64,000 bases of DNA from an uncultured Candidatus Saccharibacteria bacterium (GCA_964363475.1 CAYIII010000001.1:2170-66169); one strand, 5' to 3'. Counted from the stretch's first letter, positions 28,464-38,619 are shown. Made by a program: numbers and translations. Notes: generated by a model not told the origin, from the letters alone.

Positions 28464-28907
28464 ATGGACACAAACATTACTAACAAAAAAGCGTACTTTA
28501 ACTACGAAATCCTGGAGACCTACGAAGCGGGAATTGAGTTAAAAGGATTTGAAGTTAAGGCCATCAAAACCGGCAAAGCGAGCATAGTCGGTTCTTTTGT
28601 GATTGTTAAAAATAATGAAGCATGGTTATTAAACGCCGACATTCCTCCTTATCAGCCGGCTAACACTCCTCCGGACTACGACCCAAAACGCACCCGCCGC
28701 TTATTATTAAAAAAAGAAGAAATAAAAGAGTTGATTGGGAAAACCCACGAAAACGGCTTGACAATAGTGCCATTAAAATTGTACAATAAAAACGGAAAGA
28801 TTAAGATTGAAATTGGTATCGGACGGGGGAAAAAGAAAACGGATAAGCGTGAAACCATTAAAAAAAGGGAGTGGTCAAGGCTTCGACGGAACATTGAAAC
28901 CAGATAA
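28464..28907 (+). CDS. smpB: SsrA-binding protein
   Basis: NKKAYFNY, EAGIELKGFEVK, RRLLL, GKKKTDKRE. Confidence 0.97.
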   Translation: MDTNITNKKAYFNYEILETYEAGIELKGFEVKAIKTGKASIVGSFVIVKNNEAWLLNADIPPYQPANTPPDYDPKRTRRLLLKKEEIKELIGKTHENGLTIVPLKLYNKNGKIKIEIGIGRGKKKTDKRETIKKREWSRLRRNIETR

Positions 28908-29209
28908 GCAAGTAAGGTTGCAGGCCCTTTAAAAACTGCGCAAGATTAACTGCAAACACATTTAATCGACAACCCGCGTTGGCATACGCTTAATGCGGCA
29001 CCGGCGGCTTATGCCTAATAAAGCCATAACCGGTGTAATAATCTTAGGCTCTGTTTCGAAAAACTGATGTTTCGAAATGAAAATTTAGTCAGTAAAATTT
29101 TTCAGTTTTTGCCAAGTTTTAAGCTGAAAAATTTAAATTAACTTGGATAAACTTGTAGAAAGTTTGGCGGACATGCTTTCGGACGGGAGTTCAATTCTCC
29201 CCACTTCCA
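28867..29209 (+). ncRNA. ssrA: tmRNA; tag ANTFNRQPALAYA (28952-28993)
   Basis: Acceptor GGGAGTG/CACTTCC with G3.U70, 5' TTCGAC, 3' T arm GGGAG-TTCAATT-CTCCC, resume context taact-GCA, tag ending LAYA. Confidence 0.92.
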
Positions 29210-29265
29210 CAAAAAATAAATTTTGACTTTTTATCTTTTATAAGCTATCCTTACCATAAACTTTC

Positions 29266-29769
29266 TTGCAAAATCCAAAACTAAACAATCAAATCACCGC
29301 TGAACAGTTGATGGTAATTGATGAACAGGGGCAAAGCTTAGGAGTTATGAGCCGCGACCAAGCCATCCTAAAAGCGAAAGAAAGGGGACTGGACTTAATT
29401 GAAATAGCCGCTTCTGCCAAGCCCCCGGTTGCTCGCATTATGAGTTTTGATAAGTATCGTTATCAGCAAGAGAAGAAGTTGAAAAAGCAAAAAATTGGAC
29501 AAAAAAATCTTGAAACGAAGCAGGTTCAAATAAGCGGAAGGTCAGCCACAAATGACCTCCAAGTTAGAGCTAATCAAATTAATAAATTTTTAGGCGAGGG
29601 CAGAGTGGTAAACATTATTTTAGTGCTTCGTGGCAGAGAAAAAGCCCATAAAGATTTGGCAGAGGAAAAATTAAAGGAGTTTTTGAAAAATATGATAACT
29701 GACCATAAAGTTATCTCCTCAATCAAATTTATGGGACGAGGAATGCAAGTACAAATCATAAAAAATTAA
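29266..29769 (+). CDS. infC: Translation initiation factor IF-3
   Basis: GLDLIEIA, PPVARIM, LRGRE; TTG start with an in-frame stop just upstream. Confidence 0.93.
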   Translation: MQNPKLNNQITAEQLMVIDEQGQSLGVMSRDQAILKAKERGLDLIEIAASAKPPVARIMSFDKYRYQQEKKLKKQKIGQKNLETKQVQISGRSATNDLQVRANQINKFLGEGRVVNIILVLRGREKAHKDLAEEKLKEFLKNMITDHKVISSIKFMGRGMQVQIIKN

Positions 29770-29792
29770 AAAATAAAATATAAAAATTAAAA

Positions 29793-29981
29793 ATGGCAAG
29801 GAAATCCGTAACCAAAAGAATAAGAATTACAAAAACCGGAAAATTAATGCGCCGCAAGATGGCGCAGGACCATTTTCGCGCTAAAAAAACGGGCAAACAA
29901 ATACAGTCAAAAAGGGAGAACAGGCAACTTGAAAGAATGGACGCTAAAGTTTTCCTTCCGTACCTTACATCTAAAAACTAA
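29793..29981 (+). CDS. rpmI: 50S ribosomal protein L35
   Basis: KRIRITKTGK; infC-rpmI-rplT order. Confidence 0.92.
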   Translation: MARKSVTKRIRITKTGKLMRRKMAQDHFRAKKTGKQIQSKRENRQLERMDAKVFLPYLTSKN

Positions 29982-29984
29982 AAT

Positions 29985-30329
29985 ATGACCAGAGTTAAAA
30001 GAGGCACGATTGCCACTAAAAAAAGAAAAAAGATATTAAAATACACAAAAGGATTTCGCTGGGGAAGAAAGTCCAAAGAAAGAGCCGCCAAAGAGGCCTT
30101 GCTTCACGCCTGGTCTCATTCCTTCAGAGGAAGAAAGGAAAGAAAAAGGGACTTTAGGGCCCTATGGCAAGTCAAAATAAATGCCGCGGTTAGAGACGAA
30201 GGACTGTCATACAGCAAATTTATTTCCCTGCTAAAAAATAAAAATATTAAATTAGACAGAAAGATATTAGCCGATTTGGCAGAAAATCAGCCGGAAGTTT
30301 TTAGAAAAATAGTCACGCAGGTTAAATAG
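29985..30329 (+). CDS. rplT: 50S ribosomal protein L20
   Basis: MTRVKRG, RDFRALW..INAA, LDRKILADLA. Confidence 0.97.
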   Translation: MTRVKRGTIATKKRKKILKYTKGFRWGRKSKERAAKEALLHAWSHSFRGRKERKRDFRALWQVKINAAVRDEGLSYSKFISLLKNKNIKLDRKILADLAENQPEVFRKIVTQVK

Positions 30330-30798
30330 CCACCACCGGCGATGCAACGACAGTAGCCGGCCCCTTGATATAAAAGAAGGCCTTTTTAAGAATCGCCATT
30401 CTAACTTTATATCTAGACAACATTCTTCGCGCTTCATTATAAGAAAACCAGCCGTAGCCCTCATGCTCGGAAGAAATCTTAATTTCTGATTTTTCGGTTT
30501 TTGCCAAATAAAAAATTACTATCTTAAAAACCCTTTCTTTTCCCCGAGAATACGGAAACTTCTCATAAACCTTAAAATTTTGTTGCATCTCTAAATCAGA
30601 TTTTTTTAATCCTGTTTCTTCACTTACTTCTCTAAAGGCGGTCTGCCAACTTTTTTCATCTGCCTCCATTCGTCCACGCGGAAAATCCCAAACTCCCTTA
30701 GCCCTATAAAGCAATAAAAACCTAGGACCTTGTTGGGTCTGTCTAACTACTATAATTCCTGCTGATATAACTTTTGTATAACTTTTATTTTCCTCCAT
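30322..30798 (-). CDS. NUDIX hydrolase (Ap4A hydrolase-like)
   Basis: WDFPRGRME..AFREVSEETGL. Confidence 0.9.
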   Translation of the reverse strand: MEENKSYTKVISAGIIVVRQTQQGPRFLLLYRAKGVWDFPRGRMEADEKSWQTAFREVSEETGLKKSDLEMQQNFKVYEKFPYSRGKERVFKIVIFYLAKTEKSEIKISSEHEGYGWFSYNEARRMLSRYKVRMAILKKAFFYIKGPATVVASPVVAI

Positions 30799-32515
30799 TC
30801 TTAAGCATGCTAAGCATCTTTTCTAACGGCCAAGCATTAATAATATCCTTCTTCTCAGCCCAACCGCGCCTAGCTTGAGCAATGCCATACTCTAACACAG
30901 AAAAGTGAGAAACGGAATGGCTGTCAGAATCAATTGACAATCTAACGCCCTCATTAACACACTGCCTAATATGGTCATCTTTAAGATCTAAGCGGTCAGG
31001 AAAGGCGTCAATCTCTAAAATGGTCCTAGTTTCTTTGGCAGTTTTTATAATCGCTTCCATATCAAGCTCATAAGCGGGCCGTTTATTAATTCGTCTTCCT
31101 GTGGGATGAAAAATAATATCTACGTTTGGATTATTCATCGCCTTTTGCATTCTCTTTGTTTGTTCTTCTTTAGATAGATTAAAATAAGAATGGATAGAGC
31201 CCCCCACTACATCTAATTGGGCCAAAATTTCATCAGGCAAATCCATACTGCCGTCTTTCAAGATATCACATTCACTACCTTTTAAAATTCTGAATTTTGA
31301 ACCAAACTTTAAATTTAATTCGTCAATTTCTTTTATCTGTTTTAAAATCCTTTCCGAATCCAATCCATTCGCCATTGCCAATCGCTTGGTATGGTCGGTA
31401 ATCACCATATATTCTAAACCGACGTTTATAGCGGCTTGAGCCATATCCTCAATAGAATCAGCTCCGTCAGACCAATTACTTTGTATCTGCAAATCACCTT
31501 TTAAGTCCTCGTATTGAATTAATTGTGGCAACCCTCCTTTTTGAGCGGCCTCTATTTCTCCGGTCATTTCTCTTAACTCCGGCTCTATATAATCCAAACC
31601 CAACGCCTTATATAAGTCCTGCTCCGTCTTGCCGGCTATCATTTTCTCGCCCTTGAATAATCCGTACTCGTTAAGTTTACATCCTTTATCCATAGCAATC
31701 TGACGCAAGGCGATATTATGCTCTTTTGAGCCCGTAAAATAATTTAAAGCCGCCCCATAAGATTCTTTTGATACCACCCGCAAATCTACATCCAAACCAT
31801 TTTTTAATTTTATGGCCGATTTAGTGTCGCCGCGAGCATAAACTATTCCAACTTCCGACATAGAAACAAAAAAATCCATTACAGGATTAGGATTGTCAGA
31901 TATAACTAAAATATCCACATCTCCGATTGTTTCCTTTTTGCGGCGAACTGAACCTGCGATTACCACATCTTCAACTTCTTTTAATTTTTTTAGATGGTGT
32001 TCTATTTCTTTTATTAAGGGCATCACTTCCCCCAAAACAAATCTGGAGCCAGATTTGTTTATAAATTCTAATCCCTTAGAAATATTTTCCTCTGTCTTTT
32101 TCCCAAATCCTTCTAAATCCCTTATTTTGCCTTTTTTTACCGCTTCTTCTAATTCTTTAAGATTGGTAATACCTAATTTCTTGTACAATTTATAAATACT
32201 TTTTGCTCCAAGGCCTTGAATCCGTTCTAATTCTGATAGATTAACCGGCATTTCTTTTTTTAATTGTTCGTAATATTTTAAGCGGCCGGTCTTTATCAAT
32301 TCTTCAATTTTTTCCGCGATAGAGATCCCTATGCCGGAAATTTTTTCTAAAGACCCCCTACCTCCTTTTTCATAAATATCGCTTACTTTCTCCGATAAAG
32401 AACCAACAACATCCGCCGCTTTTTCGTAGGCCTTAATTTTAAAAAATGATTCGCCCTGCATTTCAAGATACTCGCCTATCTCCCGCAAAATTTTCTCAAT
32501 CTCACGATTTTCCAT
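30785..32515 (-). CDS. polX: DNA polymerase X with PHP domain
   Basis: AGSVRR, GDVDIL, YFTGSKEHN, ITDH. Confidence 0.95.
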   Translation of the reverse strand: MENREIEKILREIGEYLEMQGESFFKIKAYEKAADVVGSLSEKVSDIYEKGGRGSLEKISGIGISIAEKIEELIKTGRLKYYEQLKKEMPVNLSELERIQGLGAKSIYKLYKKLGITNLKELEEAVKKGKIRDLEGFGKKTEENISKGLEFINKSGSRFVLGEVMPLIKEIEHHLKKLKEVEDVVIAGSVRRKKETIGDVDILVISDNPNPVMDFFVSMSEVGIVYARGDTKSAIKLKNGLDVDLRVVSKESYGAALNYFTGSKEHNIALRQIAMDKGCKLNEYGLFKGEKMIAGKTEQDLYKALGLDYIEPELREMTGEIEAAQKGGLPQLIQYEDLKGDLQIQSNWSDGADSIEDMAQAAINVGLEYMVITDHTKRLAMANGLDSERILKQIKEIDELNLKFGSKFRILKGSECDILKDGSMDLPDEILAQLDVVGGSIHSYFNLSKEEQTKRMQKAMNNPNVDIIFHPTGRRINKRPAYELDMEAIIKTAKETRTILEIDAFPDRLDLKDDHIRQCVNEGVRLSIDSDSHSVSHFSVLEYGIAQARRGWAEKKDIINAWPLEKMLSMLKNGGK

Positions 32516-32529
32516 ATTAAAATTAAAAG

Positions 32530-33189
32530 TTATTTATTGATACTTTTGGGCGTATGGTCTCCGACCATATGCTCCCCCACTTTAGAATCGCGGGGAGGAA
32601 GGGCGATTTCAGGCACCAAAACAATAATTATTGCGGCAAGCAAACTCAATGCGGCCGCTATAAAAAATATAGCCACAAATCCAAACGACTGCACCAAGAC
32701 ACCGCTCAATAACCCCGTTAAACCGGCGGCCAACCCCGCTACGGTGCTATCCAAAGAAAACTCAAATGAGCGATGACTTCCGTCCAAATGACGCGAAAAA
32801 AGACTATACCACGAAGGAATAAAAAGAGAGAAAGCTATTGCCTGCAATAATTTAATTAAATACAACTGCCATATTTGAGTGATAAAAATTAAACTGATGG
32901 CAGCTAAACTGGACAGAGTTAAACCCAAAACTAGAACTAAATGGTCGTCCTTTTCCCCTTTAATCCTATCCAACATTAAAGCTACGGGCATTTGAAGCAT
33001 TGACTTGGCAAACCAATAAATAGCCGCGGCAAATCCGATAGTAACAACGGTCGCCCCTTGAATTCTGTCAATAATAAAAATAGCAAAAACAGGGTCTACT
33101 AAGCTCCATCCGCTCATAACAGTTAAATCAACCAGAATGAGCTTTTGTATAATCTTATTAACTTTAAGATTTTGGATATATTCCAGCAT
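32530..33189 (-). CDS. MFS-like membrane protein (half size, about 6 TM)
   Basis: Hydrophobic profile, PVFAIFI, LDRIKG. Confidence 0.7.
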   Translation of the reverse strand: MLEYIQNLKVNKIIQKLILVDLTVMSGWSLVDPVFAIFIIDRIQGATVVTIGFAAAIYWFAKSMLQMPVALMLDRIKGEKDDHLVLVLGLTLSSLAAISLIFITQIWQLYLIKLLQAIAFSLFIPSWYSLFSRHLDGSHRSFEFSLDSTVAGLAAGLTGLLSGVLVQSFGFVAIFFIAAALSLLAAIIIVLVPEIALPPRDSKVGEHMVGDHTPKSINK

Positions 33190-33784
33190 TATCTGTGATA
33201 ATCTTAACATCTTTACTCTTTTCCATTAAACGAGAAAATAACAAATCGGGGGACACATTAAAACCGTCTTCCAGTAAATCTTGCGCCTCCTTTAATAATT
33301 CTTCTTTGGAAATTTTGGCATTCAAAGTTTTATTTAATTCTTCTTTAATTTCTTTTCTAATTTTTTTATAAGCGGATTTTTTCAATGATAATAAATCTTT
33401 TACTTCGTCATAACCCAATGCCCTTTCCGCAACCCATAAATAAAAATTGCCGCCAAATAAAGTTGCCCTGTCTAGAGAGTACTCTAATATTGACCAAGCA
33501 GAAGTTGATTCTTTCTTGAGCCACCACAATCTGTCCGCCAAAAATAGAGCCAGAACAATTCCAATAATTTTCATCCACATTATTTCCGAAAAAATCCACA
33601 TTAAAGATATGGCAATCAACAGCCCGTAGAAAAGATAAGTGAATAAACGGACCAGAAACCTCTCCCAAACATTCATAGATAATTTCAAATAATTCAAATC
33701 CCTTTTTGCTAAAAAATTAAGACGCAAAAAAGTAAGAATACGATAAAGGGACTTGCCAAATACATAAATTGAAACAAGACGCAT
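33164..33784 (-). CDS. Hypothetical membrane protein
   Basis: Two TM, operon context. Confidence 0.6.
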   Translation of the reverse strand: MRLVSIYVFGKSLYRILTFLRLNFLAKRDLNYLKLSMNVWERFLVRLFTYLFYGLLIAISLMWIFSEIMWMKIIGIVLALFLADRLWWLKKESTSAWSILEYSLDRATLFGGNFYLWVAERALGYDEVKDLLSLKKSAYKKIRKEIKEELNKTLNAKISKEELLKEAQDLLEDGFNVSPDLLFSRLMEKSKDVKIITDNAGIYPKS

Positions 33785-33792
33785 AAGTAAAG

Positions 33793-34230
33793 TTAACTTT
33801 TAAGCTGATTTCGTGTCAAAAGTATGGATAATAAAGGCAGAAGCATCATTTGAAAAACAGGCAAAAGACCGACATTTAACAGGGGCAAAATCGGCATAAT
33901 ACTTGAATAAGCCCAACGATTATTATTAATTGCGTGATATTCCACCAATATCGCCCACAACCCGCCTAAAACGAATAGTATCGCCAATTTTTTATTGCTT
34001 ATTTTTCTTCCCCAATACATATTTCTCATCAGCATTCCGGTTAATAAATACAAACAGACAACTATAAGAGCGTCTTTAAAAGAAACAATCCAGTGAACTT
34101 CAATAAATTTTAAATAATTGGAAATATCTCCCAATCCTTCAAATTTGTAAAAGGACATTTGAGAAACTTCCCAAACAAAATTCAATAAAAAAGAAATCAC
34201 CAAGAGATAAACAAGAAACCTGAAGAGCAT
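33793..34230 (-). CDS. Hypothetical membrane protein
   Basis: LNFVWEVSQ, RWAYS..MP. Confidence 0.7.
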   Translation of the reverse strand: MLFRFLVYLLVISFLLNFVWEVSQMSFYKFEGLGDISNYLKFIEVHWIVSFKDALIVVCLYLLTGMLMRNMYWGRKISNKKLAILFVLGGLWAILVEYHAINNNRWAYSSIMPILPLLNVGLLPVFQMMLLPLLSILLTRNQLKS

Positions 34231-34238
34231 TAATTAAA

Positions 34239-35381
34239 TTATATATTTTTATCCTCTATTTTGCCATCCTTAATCTGCCTTAAAATTAAATTCACCCCAA
34301 CCACATCGCCGTTTAAATCAAAAGAATATTTCCCTAATAAGCCATCGTACTCCGCCATATTATATAAATAATCTCTAACTTTTATATAATCGTAATTAAC
34401 TTTTTCAATGGCCTGGACCAAAATGTTTACCGCGTCGTAAGAAGCGGCCATATAAAATTCGGGGTCGTTAATTTTGCCGAATGTTTTTTTATAGTCCCCT
34501 AAAAAGGCCTGAACTCTGATATTGTCGTGGTCAATATTGGGCAAATCGGTGAAAACAATGCCTTCCGCCGACTTGCCGGCAATTTCTAAAAACTTCGCCC
34601 CGTTAGGAATTATATGAGCGAACATCGGCAAGGTGATTTTCGCACCTCTTATCCCCTTCGCCAAAAGACCGCCCGATTGTTCCGTTTGCGAATTTATTAT
34701 AATAGCTTCGGCTTTAGAATTTTTTATTTTGGAGAAAATTAAACGAAAGTCCTTCGTGTCGGGAGAAAAAATTTCGTCCACGGACACTTGAACATTGGCT
34801 TTAGAAACCTTTTCTAAAAAGGAACGCCTTAATGATTGAGCGTGTTCGGTGCTTTCTGAAATAATGGCCAGGTCTTTATATTGATTGCTCAAAATTTCTC
34901 CCAGCACATAACCGCCATAAGAATCAGAGGGAATGTTTCTAAAAACAAAAGTTCCGGCGCCGGTAAGGTCAGGACTTGAAGCGGACGGCGAAAAAAGAAT
35001 GACTTTATTTTTTTCCGCGATTTCTGACATTGCTAGAGTTTCTCCGTTGCAAACGCCGCCGATAATAATTTTTATTTTATCTACATCAATAAGCTTTGTA
35101 ATCGCAGCGCGAGCAGTCTCGCCGTTGCACTTGCTATCCTCATAAACAATATCAATCAACCTTCCTTGAGTCCTTAAATCCTTAACGGCCAAATCAATGG
35201 AGTTTTTAACGGAAGCGCCGTAAGAAACAGAATCACCGCTTAAAGAACCGACAAAACCAATCTTAATGGGCTCTAATCGGAATTCTTTCTCTTCCAAATA
35301 AGAAGAAGGGGGTCCAAAAAAATAATATATTCCCAGAATGACCGCGAGCGATAAAAAAACACCTATAAGGTATTTCGTCAT
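34239..35381 (-). CDS. Branched-chain amino acid ABC-type substrate-binding protein
   Basis: IKIGFVGSLSG, EDSKC, YDAVNIL, FDLNGD. Confidence 0.9.
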   Translation of the reverse strand: MTKYLIGVFLSLAVILGIYYFFGPPSSYLEEKEFRLEPIKIGFVGSLSGDSVSYGASVKNSIDLAVKDLRTQGRLIDIVYEDSKCNGETARAAITKLIDVDKIKIIIGGVCNGETLAMSEIAEKNKVILFSPSASSPDLTGAGTFVFRNIPSDSYGGYVLGEILSNQYKDLAIISESTEHAQSLRRSFLEKVSKANVQVSVDEIFSPDTKDFRLIFSKIKNSKAEAIIINSQTEQSGGLLAKGIRGAKITLPMFAHIIPNGAKFLEIAGKSAEGIVFTDLPNIDHDNIRVQAFLGDYKKTFGKINDPEFYMAASYDAVNILVQAIEKVNYDYIKVRDYLYNMAEYDGLLGKYSFDLNGDVVGVNLILRQIKDGKIEDKNI

Positions 35382-35442
35382 ATGATAAGGATTTTATTAA
35401 AAATTATTGCTTATTGCAAGAAAGACATTATAATTACAGCAA

Positions 35443-36732
35443 ATGGACGGAAGGCATTATTTAGAAAGTGTCTTTAAGCGAATTGATGAAACCGCTAAAA
35501 TACTTCAACTAAAACCCTACGTTATAAAAGAACTGAAAACTTTTTCCAGGGTTTTAGAAATGAGAATCCGGGTTGGCAAACAACATTTTACCGCTTATCG
35601 CATTCGTCATGTAAATCCTTACGCGACTGGCCATCGCCCCTATAAAGGCGGCTTGCGTTTTGATAAAGATACCGGTGGAGACCTGAATACCATCAAAGCG
35701 TTAGCGGTGGAAATGACTTTAAAATGCGCCACCGTGGGACCGGACCCGGAACGACGCTTGCCTTTTGGAGGCGCAAAGGGGGGGATAGGAATTAATGCAA
35801 AGATTTATTCTAAAGAACAAATAAGGGGGATAGTGGAAAAATTTGTGGATGAAATGGGGAACGCGATGGGGCCAACGGTTGATGTGCCGGCGCCTGATTA
35901 CGGAACTAATGAAGAAATAATGCGGCTTATTAGCACTCGTTATTGCAAATCTCACCCCTTTTCCGGTTCCGGAGCGGTAGTTACAGGCAAACCCCTAAGT
36001 AGGGGGGGAGGCGGTTGTCCGGGACGCAAGGAGGCAACTGGATTGGGAATGCTATACGCTTACAGTACTTTAAAAGAACTAAAAGCCCTGCCGGAAGCGG
36101 TGATCAACACAAAACATCCTCGAGCAGTAATTCACGGCTTTGGCAACGTAGGTTCTCATTTTGGTTTATATGCCGGTCAGTTCGGAATTAAAATTGTTGG
36201 AGTCGCCGAAGTTAATGCCACAATTTATAATGCCAACGGCATTAATATGGAGGAACTCTACGACTATGCCAATGAAAATAAAACCGTTGCCGGATTTCCC
36301 AATGCTCACGAAATTACTTTTGAAAATTTACTGCGCCAACCGCATGAAATAGACGCTCCCTGCGCCAAAGAAAATTCCATTGATGATAACTGGGCCAACA
36401 CCACGGAAGCAAAATTAGTTATTGAAGGCGCAAACGGCCCTTGTTTTCAAAAAGCCGAAGATATTTTTACCAAAAGAGGAATCGTGATAGTGCCTGACTT
36501 ATTAGCCAATGCCGGCGGCGTCACCGTGTCTTATTTTGAGTGGCAACAAGATATTGAAGGAGCGCAATACGACAAAAAGACCATATTTGAACAATTAGAA
36601 AAATACATGCGCACCGGCACGGAGGGCGTTGTAAAAATGGCGCAAGAATATCGCACAGACCTGCGGACGGGCGCTTATATTTGGTCTATTAAGTACCTTA
36701 ACGACGCTATTTGCGCCAAACACGGCTGGTAA
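35443..36732 (+). CDS. gdhA: Glu/Leu/Phe/Val dehydrogenase
   Basis: KGGLRF, GGAKGG, PAPD, GFGNVG, NAGGVTVSYFEW. Confidence 0.92.
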   Translation: MDGRHYLESVFKRIDETAKILQLKPYVIKELKTFSRVLEMRIRVGKQHFTAYRIRHVNPYATGHRPYKGGLRFDKDTGGDLNTIKALAVEMTLKCATVGPDPERRLPFGGAKGGIGINAKIYSKEQIRGIVEKFVDEMGNAMGPTVDVPAPDYGTNEEIMRLISTRYCKSHPFSGSGAVVTGKPLSRGGGGCPGRKEATGLGMLYAYSTLKELKALPEAVINTKHPRAVIHGFGNVGSHFGLYAGQFGIKIVGVAEVNATIYNANGINMEELYDYANENKTVAGFPNAHEITFENLLRQPHEIDAPCAKENSIDDNWANTTEAKLVIEGANGPCFQKAEDIFTKRGIVIVPDLLANAGGVTVSYFEWQQDIEGAQYDKKTIFEQLEKYMRTGTEGVVKMAQEYRTDLRTGAYIWSIKYLNDAICAKHGW

Positions 36733-37582
36733 GCAATAGTCCCGAAACCAACCAAAATATTATCAGGCCGGAACGCAAAGTCCATAAAAAATGGTCAAAT
36801 AAACCAAGTAAAACTAATGCCAGAAGCATTATTTTCAAATTTCCAATTTCCATCCGCCAACTGGCAGGCCAATTTCCAATAAATAAATAAATTAAAAAAA
36901 TAAGAAATAACGAAAAACCAACCAGCCCTATTTCTACCGCAATAGTTAAATATAAATTATGAATGGGACGCTCGCCCATCGCAAAAGTTAAGCCGTGACC
37001 AAACCACGGTTTTTCTTTTATTTTTTCCCAAGCAAATTGATAATCGCTTAAACGGTTCTGTACGGAAAAGTCCTGATAATTAAAATTAACGCGGGGGAAA
37101 ATCGCCCAAGAAAACATCAAGCTCAAAGTTACGAACGTTAAAAAAACAATTAATAATAAGTCCTTATTATAATTAATTAAAAGAAAAAGCGCGCTTGCCA
37201 TTATTCCCACAATCCAGCCGGCCCGAGAAAAAGTCAAAATCAATCCTAGCCAATTTATAAATATCGTCGCAACGAATAAGAATAAAAATTTTTTATTGTA
37301 CAGAAAATAAACGCTTAACAAACTTAAAACCAAAAAAGTGGCTAAAATATTGGGATGAGGAAACAAGCCATAGGCCCTTAATAACCGTCCCCCATCAATA
37401 AAAACCCGGGCCAAGTCCTTATTAAGAGGGCTTAAAAAGGACTCGCCTAAAAAATATAAACCCAAACTTTTATGAGAAACAAACTGAATCAAGCCAAGAA
37501 GAGATTGCAACGCGCCCAAAATCGTCAGACCAATAAATATCCGCCTTATTGATAAAAAATTTTTATTTGCCCTTATTTCCAT
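36707..37582 (-). CDS. O-antigen ligase family protein
   Basis: RAYGLFPHPN, TFSRAGW, PIHNLY. Confidence 0.85.
   Translation of the reverse strand: MEIRANKNFLSIRRIFIGLTILGALQSLLGLIQFVSHKSLGLYFLGESFLSPLNKDLARVFIDGGRLLRAYGLFPHPNILATFLVLSLLSVYFLYNKKFLFLFVATIFINWLGLILTFSRAGWIVGIMASALFLLINYNKDLLLIVFLTFVTLSLMFSWAIFPRVNFNYQDFSVQNRLSDYQFAWEKIKEKPWFGHGLTFAMGERPIHNLYLTIAVEIGLVGFSLFLIFLIYLFIGNWPASWRMEIGNLKIMLLALVLLGLFDHFLWTLRSGLIIFWLVSGLLLTSRVWRK
36853..36868. repeat. TCCGCC palindrome variant within heptamer repeats (O-antigen ligase gene)
   Basis: aatttccaatttcca tccgccaactggcagg ccaatttccaat. Confidence 0.75.
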
Positions 37583-38015
37583 TGGAAAGGGCCGCTTTTT
37601 TAACCACCCTATCTTCCAAAAACCAAAGAAAAACAAAAACCGCGAGAGTAAGTCCCGTAGAAAAAATCGCTATGGAATACAAGCTGTAAGCTACAGACAT
37701 GCCAATGGCGGCCGCTACCCACAAGCCAGCGGCGGTTGTTAGTCCATGAACTCGGGACTCATAAAAAATAATAGAGCCAGCCCCCAAAAAACCAATGCCC
37801 ACCACCACTTGAGAAGCTATGCGAGACGGGTCAAAACCCGGCATACCCCAAAATTCGGGAAAGGCATGTTTAGACATCAAAGAAAATAACGCCGCTCCCA
37901 ATGACACCAGCGCGTAAGTGCGAACTCCGGCCACCTTTCCGGCTAGTTGCCTTTCAACGCCCAAACTCGCCCCTAAAACAACAGCTAAAACTAATTGCAA
38001 ATAAACTTCATTCAT
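37563..38015 (-). CDS. MgtC/SapB family protein
   Basis: GVERQ..AGVRT, DPSRIASQVVVGIGFLGAG, GLTTAA. Confidence 0.93.
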   Translation of the reverse strand: MNEVYLQLVLAVVLGASLGVERQLAGKVAGVRTYALVSLGAALFSLMSKHAFPEFWGMPGFDPSRIASQVVVGIGFLGAGSIIFYESRVHGLTTAAGLWVAAAIGMSVAYSLYSIAIFSTGLTLAVFVFLWFLEDRVVKKAALSNGNKGK

Positions 38016-38026
38016 AATATTTACTG

Positions 38027-38605
38027 TTAATGTTTATCATTTTTTTCTTGCTCTATCATTTCCACAACCATCTTTAATAATTCCTTAGGGTCAGAAGAGA
38101 AAACAACCTTCCCAAATCCGCGATGAGATTTAGTTAATAATTCGCGTATAAAATCCGCAGTTCCATTACTCCCCTCAAGAACGCCAATGGGCTTTCTGTC
38201 TTCAAAGGCAATAGTAAATTCATTTAACGTTCCTATTCTTCCGCAAATAATAATCACGGCGTCTGATGAACGAACTAATAATAAATTGCGGCCGGCATAA
38301 TCAAAGCCGGTAAAAACAATCGTATCGTGATAGTCCACCGGCAAACGATAGGACTTGATATGAGCAGTTTCGGAAGCGGCCGGAGAAAAACCTATTACCG
38401 TGCCTCCCTCTTTTTTCGCCCCCTTAGCCCCCCAATAAGGAACGCCCGTAGTAGCTCCGGTTACTAAAATAAAACCGGCTTTAGCAACTTCCGCCCCCAT
38501 CTTTTCGGCATTTTCCAAAGTATCTAAGGAACAATGCCCTGTTTCAGCGGCGCCGGAAATACAAATTTTATGTTTAATATTAGATAAACGCTTTCTGCCT
38601 GCCAC
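38027..38605 (-). CDS. LOG/TIGR00725-like nucleotide-binding protein
   Basis: VTGATTG, RNLLLVRSSD, GTLNEF. Confidence 0.8.
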   Translation of the reverse strand: MAGRKRLSNIKHKICISGAAETGHCSLDTLENAEKMGAEVAKAGFILVTGATTGVPYWGAKGAKKEGGTVIGFSPAASETAHIKSYRLPVDYHDTIVFTGFDYAGRNLLLVRSSDAVIIICGRIGTLNEFTIAFEDRKPIGVLEGSNGTADFIRELLTKSHRGFGKVVFSSDPKELLKMVVEMIEQEKNDKH

Positions 38606-38619
38606 GGTTTTATTATAAC

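Noticed and set aside
29210-29265. Genomic island integrated at tmRNA or tRNAs
   Set aside because: infC follows directly; no integrase and no identical att duplication in the window
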